64,000 bases of DNA from Ptychomitrium polyphyllum (lineage: Eukaryota): assembly GCA_973851085.1 (NCBI GenBank), contig OZ316775.1:6820001-6884000 (forward strand). The letters run 5' to 3'. The translations under genes were made by a program, and so were the position numbers. The notes below the pieces were generated by a model that was not told where the DNA came from, did not search any database, and saw nothing but the letters and a program-made list of their open reading frames with translations. Positions 1-14,400 of this stretch are shown one piece after another; positions within the stretch are counted from its first letter, which is position 1, and each line of letters begins with the position of its first letter.

Positions 1-3000
1 TGGATGGACGAACTTCAAACTACGATTTGAATGATCGTCGATGAAATAAGTACGAAGTGGTTGTGGACGAGAATGAAGTCCAGGATGAGTATCATCGTTG
101 AAGTGGATGAATAGTATCGATGTTTGTACTGTTGAGCACCGTTTTGCGGTGTTTGGGGCGTCGTAGATCGTACGGTGCCAGTGTTTCGAGATCTCGTGCA
201 TGAGATCATTGTACTGGTTGTGATGATCATAGTAAGAAGAGATTAAGTTGCAGAGGTGGGTGCAGTGGCGAGTTATTCGGACAGAGATGTAGATTTTTAG
301 TTCTTACTTAAGGCATCGTTGCATGCGGTGATCTTTTGAAGTTGCCTTCTTGAGTTTCTGGGGTGTGAGTGTTGGGGGCTGATGCTAGTTTAGTCCTCCA
401 TATCGAATTACTCCAACTTCTGTTTGAGGATATTCATATCCGATGTTGTTCTGGATCCTAGTGGAGGTGTGAAGACGACGGGGTTAGAGAAGATTACGAC
501 AGGTGTGTGGAGCTATGGCCGTATGATTCAGTTTCAGACTAAGTGCTTCATTTCTCTGATAATTCAGTTCTCTAGTGTAGCCAGCGGTGATAAACTTCAC
601 ACTTTGTAAATCGGCATATTTCTCACCCCTAAATTCGAAAGTAGTACCCAATCGCTTGGACGATTGTGTACCATTTCCAGATCTTTGCATCCGTGACCTA
701 ATTGCATTTTATCAACCCTTGACTAATCCACTGAAAGCGACTAATCTTTATACTGGGTCCTGCTAGTCACTACGACAGGAACGTCCTGTTGCGAAGTCCA
801 TAGCTATGAGCTGGTACTTCCATCTAATTCCAACGACTCGGTAATTTTAAAAGCCGTACAGTAAATGAAGATAGGATTGAGCTGGTCACTCTTAGTTAGT
901 GGGTATCATGATTCTTCCTTGGCTTCTGCCTTCAAATCATGAAACTGAGAAAATGGTAGATAATGGTGTTGAGAGCAGCAACTGCATTCTGAAACCTGCA
1001 CAACGAATTAAGTCAATCAAAACAAGTCATTGGTGATGTCTGATGATGAATCATTTGACAAGCTAGTTACAGTAGTACAGACATGTATATACATAGCGAT
1101 GTTAGTACATATGATAGGGCGATATTATTAGAGAAATGAAGATTAGCAATGACTCGCACTGAGCGAGATCTGATAACTTGAATCCGCATGTGCTTAGTCA
1201 AAATGCTAGTGATAACTTATGATGTTTACAACGTTGATCTACTTGGCTGCAACTCCAGAGCCTGATTGCACATGCTGGGGACCAGCAAAGAGCAGGCTCA
1301 GAATTGACAATTTATGAAATAAGTAATAATTTTTCGCTCATGCTGCTCTGACGCTAGTTCAGCTGGACTGGTCAGTATGATAATAAGAGACTGTTTCAGT
1401 TGGAGGATGATATTTGACTTGAGATCATGGTTGCCTATCTTCGATCTTTATGCCAAACTCAAAGAGTACCACTCCGTAAGTAATCTCGTCCAACCGTTTG
1501 GCATTTTCCATTGAATTGTAACACATTGCAGGTTGCATTTGCACTATGAGGAGACTTCTCAAAATTTAGGACAGATTTCCACAATTTTTGCCATTTGCAA
1601 GCTCAAGATTTTCTATGCCACTCTATACAATGGTGTATATAGTAGTATAATTGATTTGCAAATTGGCTATTACAAGGGCTGAACTTAATAGCCTGCATTC
1701 ATGTAGAGCACACACTCACTAGAACATAAACAAGATTCTAGTTATTAGTTGGTCCAAGCTTGCTCATGCTAAGCGACTTAAAATGCGCTTAATTTCTTGC
1801 ACTAGAAGGTTGTGGGATTATAATTTAGGTGGCATGATGATATAGTTAATGATGAGTCATCTCCTTCCAACATTTGAATTATTTGCTCCATCATTGGTCA
1901 AAATGGTTGTTGAGAAATGAAACATAGTTACAATGTGATTAAGTTGGTTGTAAAAAAGTAGTGATTGCTATAAAATTTAGAAATCCGAATTTTTTTTGGT
2001 TGTATAACAACTACATATAAGCTATTGTAATGGTGACATTACTTTCAAATCTTGTAATAAGAGACATTGATATTGGACCTTGATTTTTAATATGAAGATT
2101 TAGACATAACAATTGTAAGAGGCTTTAACAATATGGTGTATGTTATCCATGTGTATGGATTTGTAATTGTGAGCATTGGTGGATGGTAGAATGTAAAGTT
2201 GCCTTAGAGTGTGGCACCAACAACAATTGATGTCCACAACATTTAATTTAATGAATCAAAGAATGATCTTACTTCTTAATAATAGGTTGTAAATTTCAAA
2301 TGTGAAAGATGCCATATGTAAAAAGAATAAATTTTTGTATTAAGGATCTTCATTGATATGTACTCTAATGTTCTTGCTTTGGAAGTGATTTATTGAAGAT
2401 CATTTGCTGAACAATTATCCAATAATTGTTAACATAGACAACAAATTGATCATTGTAGTTTATAATAAAAAGGAGCGTGATTACCTAATAAAGCAATGCA
2501 TTAAGCATCTAATTACATCTTTAAAGTATGAAAAATTGAATTCCAAATATAATAGATATGAATTTTAAAGTTGCAATTTTTTTCTTTCCCTTTCCACAAA
2601 CTTTATGCTGCCAAATTAGTGGTGGATTCTTAATAATAGAGAACATTTTCATGGCAACAAATGAGTTATTTTGGGGCACGGTAGTAAAATTAAAATCTTC
2701 CTTGAGTTAATTAATGCATTTTAAAGCAATTATTTTTCTTCTTAACTGTGTAGAAATTTGTGCATTTTGAGGCAAAAGCAAGTAAATATAGATATGATCA
2801 TTGTACATGGCAACATGAACATGTATTAGCAAAGCACATTTTTTAATGTCATGGCCATTAGCCATGTTTAAACAAAAGATTTAAATTGGCAAAGTGTGAA
2901 GAATCAAAGTTGGTCTTTCTTTCCTATTGCAACATTTTTTCTTATCATAATTCTACCATATAACAAAAATTGCCACACCATGAATGTGGCATTTTTTTCA

Positions 3001-6000
3001 TATATGCAATGGAACATAATGAATACTAAATTACTACATCTTTTTTAATTCATTTTGGTGGCATCATATTAAATCTAAGTAAAATAATTATGAATTAAGT
3101 ATGTTGCATAAGATATTCTTTTAAATACATTGCTTGCTAAAGCAAGGACCTCAAAAAAGCTTCATATACAACTAATAAAGTATGTCAACAAAGCCTTGTC
3201 TAGTAATCATTACAAAATATGAAGTGGATTTTGAAAATAACATTGCTCTTGTTAGTTGAAGTCTACTACAAACCATGGTTGTAACCTTATTTTTCAGTAG
3301 ACATTTGGAGTCTCCACATTTTTGCTCTAAAAAAAGTGACTATTGAAATTTGAAAGTAATTTAGCACAAATGTCATAAATCTATGCATGACCATGAGCCA
3401 TGATGACCACTTCCAAAAATGACAATGCTAAGAAATGTTGACGTTGGATGGGAAAAACAAAATGTGGGTTATGAATTGAAATTGACTTAATTAAGTTGCA
3501 AATCAGCAAGTGGGCCTTATAATTAAGTACATAATTCCTTTTCATATGTATTCATATCTTGTTGATGATCCAAGCAAGTGCACTCTACAAAAGATTTGGG
3601 CCTTTAAGGTCCATTGCTCCCATAACTTATTTATAGTTATTGTAAGCCAAATTATTTTAAAAATTAGTCATTTCCAAGGTCCTTTGAAGCTCAGTTTCAT
3701 ATTCGCACATAGTGGTGTTCATTTTCATGAAACAATTATATTTCCAATAGTGGCAGATTACTTACTTCAATACCAGTGACAATGCAATATAGATATTGAT
3801 ATAACATACTAATACTATATACTCCTTGCACCAATGATATATATACAAGAACAATTTTGGAAATAGGTCGACATTGGTTCTTCTTCTATTCCTAAGTCAA
3901 ACGTTCTTCAACTTTGAACCTTGGCAGCAAGCTGTCACCATACACAATTGGCATTGTTTGAAGCTAGTGGCAGAGTAGTGCCTTCAAACTTTCTTAAGCA
4001 ATTTACTAAAGGTATCAAAAGCTGTCAATATGTCAAAGAGTTCGAAGCCGTGGAGTCTGTGTAGATCATACACACTTGAAACCTGTAATATTAGAAAGGA
4101 CAGTTCAGTGTTGTTCCCTATTTAAGTTCCCTCAGGTTCTTCTGGACAATATTTAGTGGATCAATTTCTGATAGATGAAACCTTTGAGAATATAGCCAAG
4201 TAAGAAACAAGTCTTGTTTTTTTCCAGCGATCTTCCAAGAATATCATTGGAAGCTCTCAACCAACTTGATTGAGATAGCACCTAAACACTACATGTGAAC
4301 AAGCTTTTTATTGGAACAGCAAAGCACTTTCTAGATTATTAAAAATGTCATTTATGAAACATTTACCATGATAGTAAATTTCATATGATATTAAGTGTCA
4401 TTACTGGTATATTGAGGAAATAATGTTTAGTTATCAAGTTGGACTCTATGGTGCAATTAGGTATACATTCACTTTGGTCATGAGAACAATTTAATTATGT
4501 GATTAGTCTGAAGGCAAAAGCCCATTTTGAACATAAAATTATGACTATATTAAGATAAGTTTTAGTATCATATAAAAATTACTAGTTTGATAATTTATCT
4601 TCTAAGTGGCACTAATCAAAAATAGTTTAATGGAACATTGTTATTCTAGTTAAAAGCTTGTTGACATTTAGGATTGATGGCACTAATTTTACAATTTACA
4701 TGTAACACCATAATGAGATATTTAAAATTGGTGACAACAAGAGTTGTTAATAGTGTATCACACCTACAATGACTTGCTAAATATTCAAGAATGAAACTAA
4801 GAAATCAATTTGGCAGCCATGTATAGGGACCTGGGTGGCCATGCTCTTACCATCAGCAACCAACAAGTAACTACATGTTGAATCACAGATGACAGCTGCA
4901 ACAGTACAATGAGTGAGCTGTATCATTTATTAAGCTACTCACAAACCCCATACTGCCTGGTTCAATGATTAATTCTGTAGAGTTCAATGCTTCAAGAAGT
5001 AAGATAAATGTGTATTTGGTTGACTTTGGTAATTTACAGCCATACTAAATGTCACCACAAACCTTGCCTACACATAACCTACACCTTCAGTAGTGGGAAA
5101 CCAATATTTGACATGCATCAACTAGTTTCACTAAATCAAATCATGACTTATATTTGGATTAAGTCACGAATCCAAGTTTAACCTGACATTCTCCATTCTA
5201 CTCAGAACAGAAAGCTGTTCAAAAGAGCCTGGTTATCTGGCATACACTTACCTGCAATAAGCCATTTCTCCTTGATAGAACTGCAGGTGACTAAGTTAAC
5301 TTACAAGAAGTGAGTTGGTGCTAAGAGCAGAGTCCATAATCATTATAAGTTGTCATTACAGGCTGGAAATAAAGTGGTGCATAAAATCTGAGTACCAATG
5401 GTGTAGTGTAGGTGGATGATGATCAGATGCTCTTGAAATATGCCTCAAAGTAGGGATGAATTATAGCCTACAGGACCCCCTGAACTTGATTAAATAGTGT
5501 CCAAATTTGAAATTGTATGTGTTAGCCTTTCCAACTACCTACTACCCACCAACCTGCAGAGTTCCCGAAACTTGACTTGATGCAAAATCCTCCTCTGATA
5601 TTCATGGTTCCATGTAACATTCATGTAACACTACCATGGTTGTTACAGGGGATTTATCCATTGAGGTCCATGGCCTGCATCTTGGAGCAAACAAAATTGG
5701 TATGATTGTGCCCAATTGCTCATCACAAGGCACATGCACATGTTGTGTGACTCAAAGACATGATGTAAGTTGTTATAACATTTCTCCTTCAACATTAAAT
5801 GTCACAGTACCAATAGCATAGTTACCTGGGTTTGCAAATTGCTAAAAATGATTTGCAATTTCCATGTAGGATTGTAGGTGTTTCAACCAGTCCCAGCTTA
5901 CATCATGCATTTGAGAGGTTCTGAGCATAGTTCATCTCACATGGTGTTTGGAAGCCTAAACTGTTCACCAATACAAGAATTCTAGAAACTAGAACCAGAT

Positions 6001-7499
6001 GGTGCATTTAAAAATCTAAGCAAGAATACAGTTCAGACAGCCCCTTCGTAAGAAACAAACAGGCAGCCAAGCATATCAAATTCCAACTGGAAGTCTTCAG
6101 GTTCCTTGTATGTTGATTTTCCTTTAATGGGAACCCATGTCTGTTTGATTTATATAGACCTATAAAAGAGACAATGATGAAAAAGAGTATACTTTAACAA
6201 AACAAGAAAAAACAAAATCTACTACTTTTACGTTAGATGGAGAAGGAATCAAAGAGCTCGACCACTTGATTAAAAAGTGATCAGTTGCCTTGCTAAGGAA
6301 TACTGTGCAGTGAGTATAGCATTGTACTATCTTTGTCATTTTCAGTTCAAAATTGGTATGTTATGAGAATGAACTCTCACCTTTGCAAAGGAGCAAGCCA
6401 CTGCAGTTACTTTCTTAGTTCAAAGATATTTTAAAATTATTGTACCTGGGAGTCTGACCACAAATTTGGACTTCATCTGCCATCATTGAATTTAGCGCCC
6501 TATTCTAATGCTCCGGAATCTGGTGTATAGCAGCAAATATTGGCACTGGCACCCCTATTGGCTTCCAGCTAAATCATATTATTAATTTGATTTCACTTCT
6601 TATTTTCATTCTGCCACAAAAGGAATTTGTTCAATGGCAATGAAGGAACGAATTACAACCTCAACCCAGCTGCTATAAATCATTTCACTTGACTCCACTG
6701 TTGAGGAGCAAAAGCCACTTTATCTACAAATTCTGTCAAATGTTATGAACCTTTTTAGTAAACCGATTACACTCTGAACAATCATAAGCACCTTTAATTC
6801 CATATCATAAGTATCAAAAGATATTGGTATGAAAATACAAAAATTGCACTGGGATAAGTCAATTGGACCAACTCAATTCGTTAGTGCCTATCCAACCTAA
6901 AATGGTCATTTACATACTGTATTAAACAAAATAAAATTTATCTTGAAGGTTCCCACATATTGACCTATATATATTTAGAAAAAATGAAATAGTTCTATGA
7001 CACAAACAATGTATGAGAGTTTGCATAAAGTCTTCTTCCCTGTTGCTTCTCTGTGCTAGGTGTGTTGCAGACTTGCATGTAACCAATTGCAAAGAATTTC
7101 AAATCATTTGGACATTCCTACTCCAAGTGATGGGCGTCTCAAAGTTCATTTTCTAGATTTGGGGAGCATGTTTTCATGATTTCCTGCAACATTTTAGTTA
7201 TCGAATGTTGTAATCTCTACATCACACCATTGGATTTCAATGGAAACATTTGTAAAAGTACGCAATCAAGTCTACTTCAGGTTACACTCTACAGGTCCAC
7301 AATAATCCGTAGGCCGAAGTGGATTTTGGTGTCAAAAGTGAAGATTTCAAGGGGAGAAAGCCGACAGGCAAGGGTCAACTTCCAGAAAGCTGAAGCTCAC
7401 GACAACCCGAGCACTGGACCCTCACCGATGGGTTGCAACCTCGGACGGTTACTAAAATGGATGGCATGTGCCTTCAAACTGAACCTCGTCAGCTGAATA

Positions 7500-8492
7500 G
7501 GGATGGGGCCCACGCGGCAGGCAGGGCAGGGCACGGCAAGGGGGCAGGGGCACCCCGGCGCAGGGGCTGATCATGAGAGGCCCCAGGGCCCAGTTGGTGC
7601 AGTAGGTGCAGGCCACTCCAGACAGCCCCCTTCAAAGGCTGCCTGCCTGCTTGCCTGCGTGCCGGCCTGCCCGCCCAGCGCACTGCAGTGCAGACACCGT
7701 AAGTAAAGTCCACACTGCAGTAAGTAAGTGCAACGCAGCCTGGGGGCCGTGCTACCATGTGAACGCCAGGCACGGAGGCATTGCGTTGCTTCGCAGCTGG
7801 GAGCTGCGAGAGTTTTCCTGTGAGGCACCGGCAGCAGCGCCCACGCTCATGAGCACAGCTACAGGGTCGAGTTTGGAGCGCATGGCCAAGTCTTGCAGCT
7901 GAGCCCATCAGTGGCCATGGTCCTGGAGCAGGCAGCAGGTTGCATGACTTGCTTGCGTCCCCATCCACACTCTTAGCACCAGCAGGAGGCACGAGCAAGC
8001 CCAGGGGTGTGAGAGATCGCATGCTGTGTGTTGGTGTCTTTCGCGGAGCTCACCGCCGAGAGCCACTGAGCCACGTACCGCGGAGCCCACAGAAGCCAGC
8101 GCATTTTTGATTTGGACCCATGGAGTTCTTCGTGTCAGCCTGACGGCGTGTCGGGAGCTTGAATGAGGTGGTGGGATGGTGATGGTGCCGGGCATGCATG
8201 GTGGGACGAGCGGGAGGGCTGGGTGGTGAGCTAGGACCGGGTTAGTCTTGGGGAGCTTGGGGCGTTGGGAGCGAGCATATGAGGAAGCGGAGGCTATGGC
8301 GTGCGGTATGATGTGAGGGGAGTACTTATGCGCATGAGGGCTTGTGGCAGAGGTCGGCATGTGGGGAGGAGGTGAGGTTGGTGTACAGCTGCGGGCGTTG
8401 CAGAGGATGGAATCGAGGAGAGGTGTGTATGGGTCGGAGCTGCTGTAGGCACTGGAGGGCGAGTTGCCTCTCTCTCTGGGACGCGCTTCGCC
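7500..8492 (+). promoter_or_regulatory. GC-rich upstream island, probable promoter/5' leader of SERK
   Basis: Abrupt GC/CpG-rich block directly upstream of the SERK ATG, set in AT-richer DNA. The TSS cannot be located from sequence. Confidence 0.45.
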
Positions 8493-11400
8493 ATGCCTCC
8501 GGAAGTAGCATGGTGGCGTCCTCTCTTCTTAATCGCGCTCATGCCCATCGGGGTGTTAGGCAACCTCGAAGGTCAGTTTCGCATGTCCCTTGCATGATTC
8601 GCATGTTTTGTGTTCATGTCCCTTTGGAGTACCTGCTGTGCTCTTGCAATGAGCTTCATCGGTGGCTGGGAGCATTTCGTAAGGAATCCAGAGAAGCTGG
8701 GGGCGATATGACGATCGAGGGGCTGGGATTTGAGGACGCAGTGTGTGAGAGAGCGACCTGATTAGACTAGGGTTGAATTTTTCTGGAGTTGCAATACCAA
8801 GGGAGCGGCAGCAGAATTGCGTTCCTAGATTCTGGTGGGTCGCGTTGACGTTTTGTAAGACTGGTCTTCTTGCTGGCCTCACCATCGACGCGACTTTGGT
8901 TCCATCGTCCGATGACGTACTGCAGTCGCCTTGCAGCATTGCTAACTTGGGGTTGTTCCATACCAGTGTACCGGGAATGCAGAAAAGCAGAATAAAAAAG
9001 CCTTCTGCAGTCGTAGTGCAACTCAGCCTTATCTCTGGCAGCTAGAGAACGTGGAAATTCCGACCCCCTCATTTTAGGCGTGTGAACAGCCGATATCCGA
9101 ACGTTTAGATTGGTCTGGAATGCTGCGGTGTACTGTAGTTAGCAACAGTGCATTTTCCGTATCGTGATAGTACACGGACGCAAGAGAGGTGGCTGTCGCT
9201 AACCCTTCTGTCTGTGAGCTCTTGAGCACTTTTGATGTGCTGGGTCCACATTCTGTCTCTCAGGGCATTCATGATGGTTTGAATTGTAGTTCGTGTTGCT
9301 TATGTCTCTTAAACTGTCACTGTTCCAATGCTAGGTCGACTGTTGTGTGCAACTAAGCAATGTTCAACCAAAGTCAGTTAGCCTGAGAGGTGTGGATTGT
9401 AACATTGGGAATAGGTCGAGTAGAGTTGGTGGAAGTACTTCTTTAGATAAGTTGAAAGTGTCGTACTGCACAGATTCTTCTTATTCTCTATATGATCGCG
9501 GTTTCTAATGGATATCGGTAGAGTTGCGAAAGGAGATGTATGGAATTTCAGTCTCAAGTGGTGCGGTCGGCTCTTACACGATCTTTGCACGACTGTATTA
9601 GGTTTCAGAGCACAACGTTTGCTTTGTGTGGTGTGCAAGTTGCAATTTAAACTCCTGCTCGCACTAGGATCATCTTTCCAGGGTTAGCTACAACTGTGGA
9701 GATGATGCCCATGATTCATCTCTTTATTTGATGGCGCCCTTCATACCGTTCCTATGCTTTTATAGTTGCTTTGTCCAATGTCTTTGTTATGGGATAGTGC
9801 ATCTAATTCTTTCCGGGTAAGAGACTTTTGATAGTTACTTAAAGTGAAGTGTTTTCCAGTTTATATAAATCAAGCTTCGTTGAGTGAACTTGGTATAGAC
9901 CTTTCGTGTACTTGTTAGTCGTTCAGACATGAAAATCCTTTGTTTCTACGCCAAGCGTGCATATGACACGAGTTGTAAATTTGTGTGTGCAGGCGATGCA
10001 CTTAATGTCTTGCGGCAAAATTTGGTTGATAGTAGCAACGTGCTGCAGAGTTGGGATCCCACACTTGTGAATCCCTGCACGTGGTTCCATGTTACCTGCA
10101 ATAACGAAAATAGCGTCATTCGTGTGTATGTCCATTTCTTATTACATCCCTTAGTTGCAATCACAGCAGTGACTTCATTATATCCATGCTTCATTATCTT
10201 ATTGGCTTTGTTTGTTTCTTTGTTTGTCTGTCTCAACTAGGAAAATAGTAATATATGTAGCGCGAAGCAATCTGGTGATTCCTTGCAACTCTCTCAGTTC
10301 AGCATGTGCTGAAAGTGTTATTTTCTTGAGGCTTTTAGAGCGTATAATATATTTAATGCAAATCAGTGAGGCGCTACCACTGTCATTATTGCCTCCTTCG
10401 TGATGCGTCGTTTTTTCACAGGGATTTAGGGAATGCTGGCCTGTCTGGACAATTAGTGCCACAACTTGGGGTGCTTACAAAGCTACAATACCTGTAAGTA
10501 TGCTAAACGGCTCTTCATTGGGCGACGGAAACATATTACAATGACCCGATTGCTTTGTGAGTTCAAGCCGAAATTCAATGATGTGGGCCAGTGACCTTTA
10601 AAGTTTAGAACAGCTTTCGTGTTTCAGTATTGTCCTTTTGGTTCTGTTTTGTGAAGCTTACGTTGTCAAGTGATGTAGGATATCGTTTTTTGGAAAATGA
10701 TCTGGAAGAGATGTTGGTGGGTCTCGTTTATACCTGGTTTTTCTACTTAAACCAAATACAATAGCGTAGTTTTTGAGTGTCATGCTCCAAGTCATCAGTG
10801 AATAGATGACTGAAAATTCAGATTACTGAGGGGCTGATGGATTTACTAAACATCTGCTCATGATGTTATTTTCAATGTCACCATTGCAGGGAGTTATACA
10901 GTAACAACATTTCGGGACAAATACCTAAAGAGCTGGGAAATATTACTGCACTTGTCAGCCTGGATCTTTATCAGAACAATTTCACTGGCACTATACCAGA
11001 TAGTCTCGGACAGCTGAGTAGTCTACGATTTCTGTATGTCTCACCATCCAGAAGTTGAATCTTCCTTGTTATTTAAGCATAAAATGAGAATTTTCTGCAC
11101 TTATCCTCAATGTTTGTGCTGTAGACTAGATGTGAAAAGTTTATGATGGTGATACATTCTTCCTCTCCTTGCTATTGATTATGTTCAGATTCTACTTATT
11201 CAACCGATTTCTAGCTTTTTAATAAATGTCTGCGCTTAATTTCTATATAAGACCAACGAATTTTATATCTATGCTTATCCATATACTCGTATATATTCTC
11301 TACTTGTAATTATTCAATTTTCTCGGGATTCGTTTTGGGCTGCTTTCGACTTCGTGGATGTAGCAGTTCAGCTGAATGTGTGAATTTGCTCATGTATGGT

Positions 11401-14400
11401 GGGCAGTCGACTGAACAACAACAGCTTGACTGGCCCTATTCCTGTTTCTCTTACAACCATTCAAGGACTACAAGTGCTGTAAGTTCCTGGTGTCGTTCAT
11501 CTATCTAAGCTGTTCACAGTAGTAACGATTTCTGCATTTGAAGAAACCTGTTATGAATCTTGCTACCGTTTCTTGTTGTGTGATTTTCCATCAACAAAAT
11601 TTCAGAATCACTGGAATCGTATTCCGTGATCCTGATTGTAGCTTTTTGCAGAGATCTATCGTACAACAAGCTAGCCGGAGATGTTCCTACCAATGGTTCA
11701 TTTTCACTTTTCACACCGATCAGGTACTACCATGTCCTCATATCATGTATTACGATCTCATGCTGAACTTAGTATTAGCTATTTCTGATATGTTCAAGTC
11801 CAGGGTGATTTTTGAATGCGGTCGAGTTCACACATGCTGGAACACTGTTGTCCATTTACTTGATATGTATTCATTTTCCTCAGTGAATTGCTGGACTTGT
11901 GTCTTAGTGATTTAATTATGGTTTTCCATAATACTAATAGGGGGATGGTGAAGTTGTCCAAGTTGCATTAATTATGTCAATGCGATTTTTGCATCCATAT
12001 GACCTTGAAATTATGATTGTGGAACATGTTTGGAAAGTTGCCATACATGTTGCTTATCAGAAGGGTTTTACTGCTACGTGCAGTTTTTTGGGAAACAACG
12101 ATTTGTGTGGAGCAGTGGTCGGTAAACAGTGTCCTGGACAGCCCCCGTTTCCTCCTCCTCCTCCGTTCACACCACCACCTCCACAAACTTCGAGTGGGCA
12201 GCAAGGTAAAAGCCTAGGAGAAGTCCTTAGCGACATAATGCGAGGTTGATGACAAGATGTAATCATGTTAGAACTTTTTTGGAAGATGTGCCTGTAGTGC
12301 TAACTATTTTATTCGCCCTTACATTTCCACAACCCCACGTTTGCTTTTGTATTAAACGGTTTGGTCATGAAGTCCAATTGGAGATGAGCAGCACACCGCG
12401 GCTCATTGTAACGGACAGTTTGGAGCATCTTTGAATGATACTCTAGTAACGTTTGTCATTGTGTTTGTGCTCCTACTTTTTGTTCGCTTTAGCAACCATC
12501 TACGTCGAGACCCTGCGTTATTGTGCTCAGATATGACTGTACTACCACACCGTAACGCTTTTTGTCATTGGGAAAGATGATATCGTTTACACGTTGTCCT
12601 ATGGTATGCAGGAAAGAATCAACAAACAACAAGTACAGGAGCTATTGCTGGTGGGGTTGCTGCAGGTGCTGCTTTGTTATTTGCTGCCCCAGCCATTGGC
12701 TTTGCTTGGTGGCGTCGCCGGAGGCCCATTGAGGCCTTCTTTGATGTGCCTGGTAAGTACTGGATTATGTAAAATTGCTATAATAAGACTGGTCGTTTGT
12801 TGGATCGGCTGAAGCTTGTGACTAGATTTATATGTCGAATTCTGTCCAGGAAGTCAATGAAATAAAAGTTCGAAAAAAAATTTCACTGTATAGTAAGTTT
12901 TTTTCAAAAATGTTGTAACCTGGACCATCTTAAGTACAGTCCTGGTAGCATGTGTGATTACATCAAAAGGTCCTGGAACTCCCTTGGTAATGTTAAAGTT
13001 CCACACCAAGGATCTCATTGTGACACACTTTCTTTAGGAGATAATTTTCAGGGATATTTCGGTCATACTACTGTAGGTAGGTGTCTGTTTCGTTTCAAAA
13101 ATTACAGATTGTGTGACTTCCCAACCTGTATTCAAGCAGGGCTTTGCAATGAACTATCTCAAACCAGTCTGAGTAAGTAATAACGATCATAGCTATTGAA
13201 ATAATTGAAGTTGCTATCACCGAAGTTTCATTCTGGTTGAAGTCATGAATTTTAGGTCATGAGTCCACATCATGTGGCTGTGCTGCACTTGGTAGTGTTA
13301 GTTTCATTATTCATGATAAAAGAAGATTCTTTTGTGATTACAGCCGAGGAAGATCCGGAGGTGCACTTAGGTCAGCTGAAACGCTTTTCCTTGAGAGAGC
13401 TTCAGGTGGCATCAGATAATTTCAACAACAGGAATATCCTTGGTCGAGGTGGCTTTGGAAAGGTTTATAAAGGCCGGCTAGCTGATGGGACGCTAGTGGC
13501 CATCAAGCGCCTCAAAGAAGAGCGTAGCCCTGGGGGAGAGCTGCAGTTTCAAACAGAGGTATGCGTCCAACCAAATTACTGGTAAGCTCATTAGGCTACA
13601 AGTTTAGGTTAGCGTCTTAAGCTAGGGTGGCAACTCTGAGATTAATGCTGTTTAGAATTATTCTACCTGCACCTCTCTACGTAAATCTAGGAGTTGCCAC
13701 CCTAGGCTCTTAATTGATTTAACTTTGTAAGTGGAAAGAAACATAAACCTGTCGATGTTATTTTTCTTTCTTTAGAATTTTTAATTACGGTAACAATAAA
13801 TTGATGAGCAAATGCACACCAGTAAGCGACAGCTATGGCTTTGTGTAATTGTGAGGTTTGGTTATTAAATTCCCTTATTTTGGCTCGATGTATTAACATG
13901 GAATATGTATGGTGTATCAGGTTGAGATGATTAGTATGGCAGTACACCGTAATTTGTTACGACTTCGTGGATTTTGTATGACTCCAACTGAACGATTGCT
14001 TGTATATCCGTACATGCCAAACGGAAGTGTTGCCTCTCGACTGCGAGGTGTGATTCCAAAGCATCTAGTACCTTTGCATCTGGATTTACTTAGTTTTGAA
14101 AAATACTATTGCGTTTTGATGAGCATTGGTGTGGCTTGGATAGAGCTTTTCCGTCTACAATCAAATTCTCTTGCAAGGATTTAATGTAGCATTTTCATCT
14201 CTTAAAAATTGTATTGGTTTGTGCAGAACGTGTGGATGGAGAGCCTGCTCTAAGTTGGCGAACTAGGAAGCAAATTGCGTTGGGAGCTGCTCGAGGGCTC
14301 TCCTACTTGCATGATCACTGTGACCCAAAAATCATTCATCGTGATGTAAAGGCTGCTAACATTCTCTTGGATGAGGAATTTGAGGCAGTTGTAGGAGATT

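Noticed and set aside
1..700. Possible decayed minus-strand reading frame at the window start
   Set aside because: One frame has TGA/TAA stops suggestive of decay, but no motif identifies it and the region is cut by the window edge.
7489..9072. ORFs of 100-177 aa around the SERK start
   Set aside because: Explained by GC-rich promoter and intron sequence. The real exon 1 is the 79-nt signal-peptide exon at 8493-8571.
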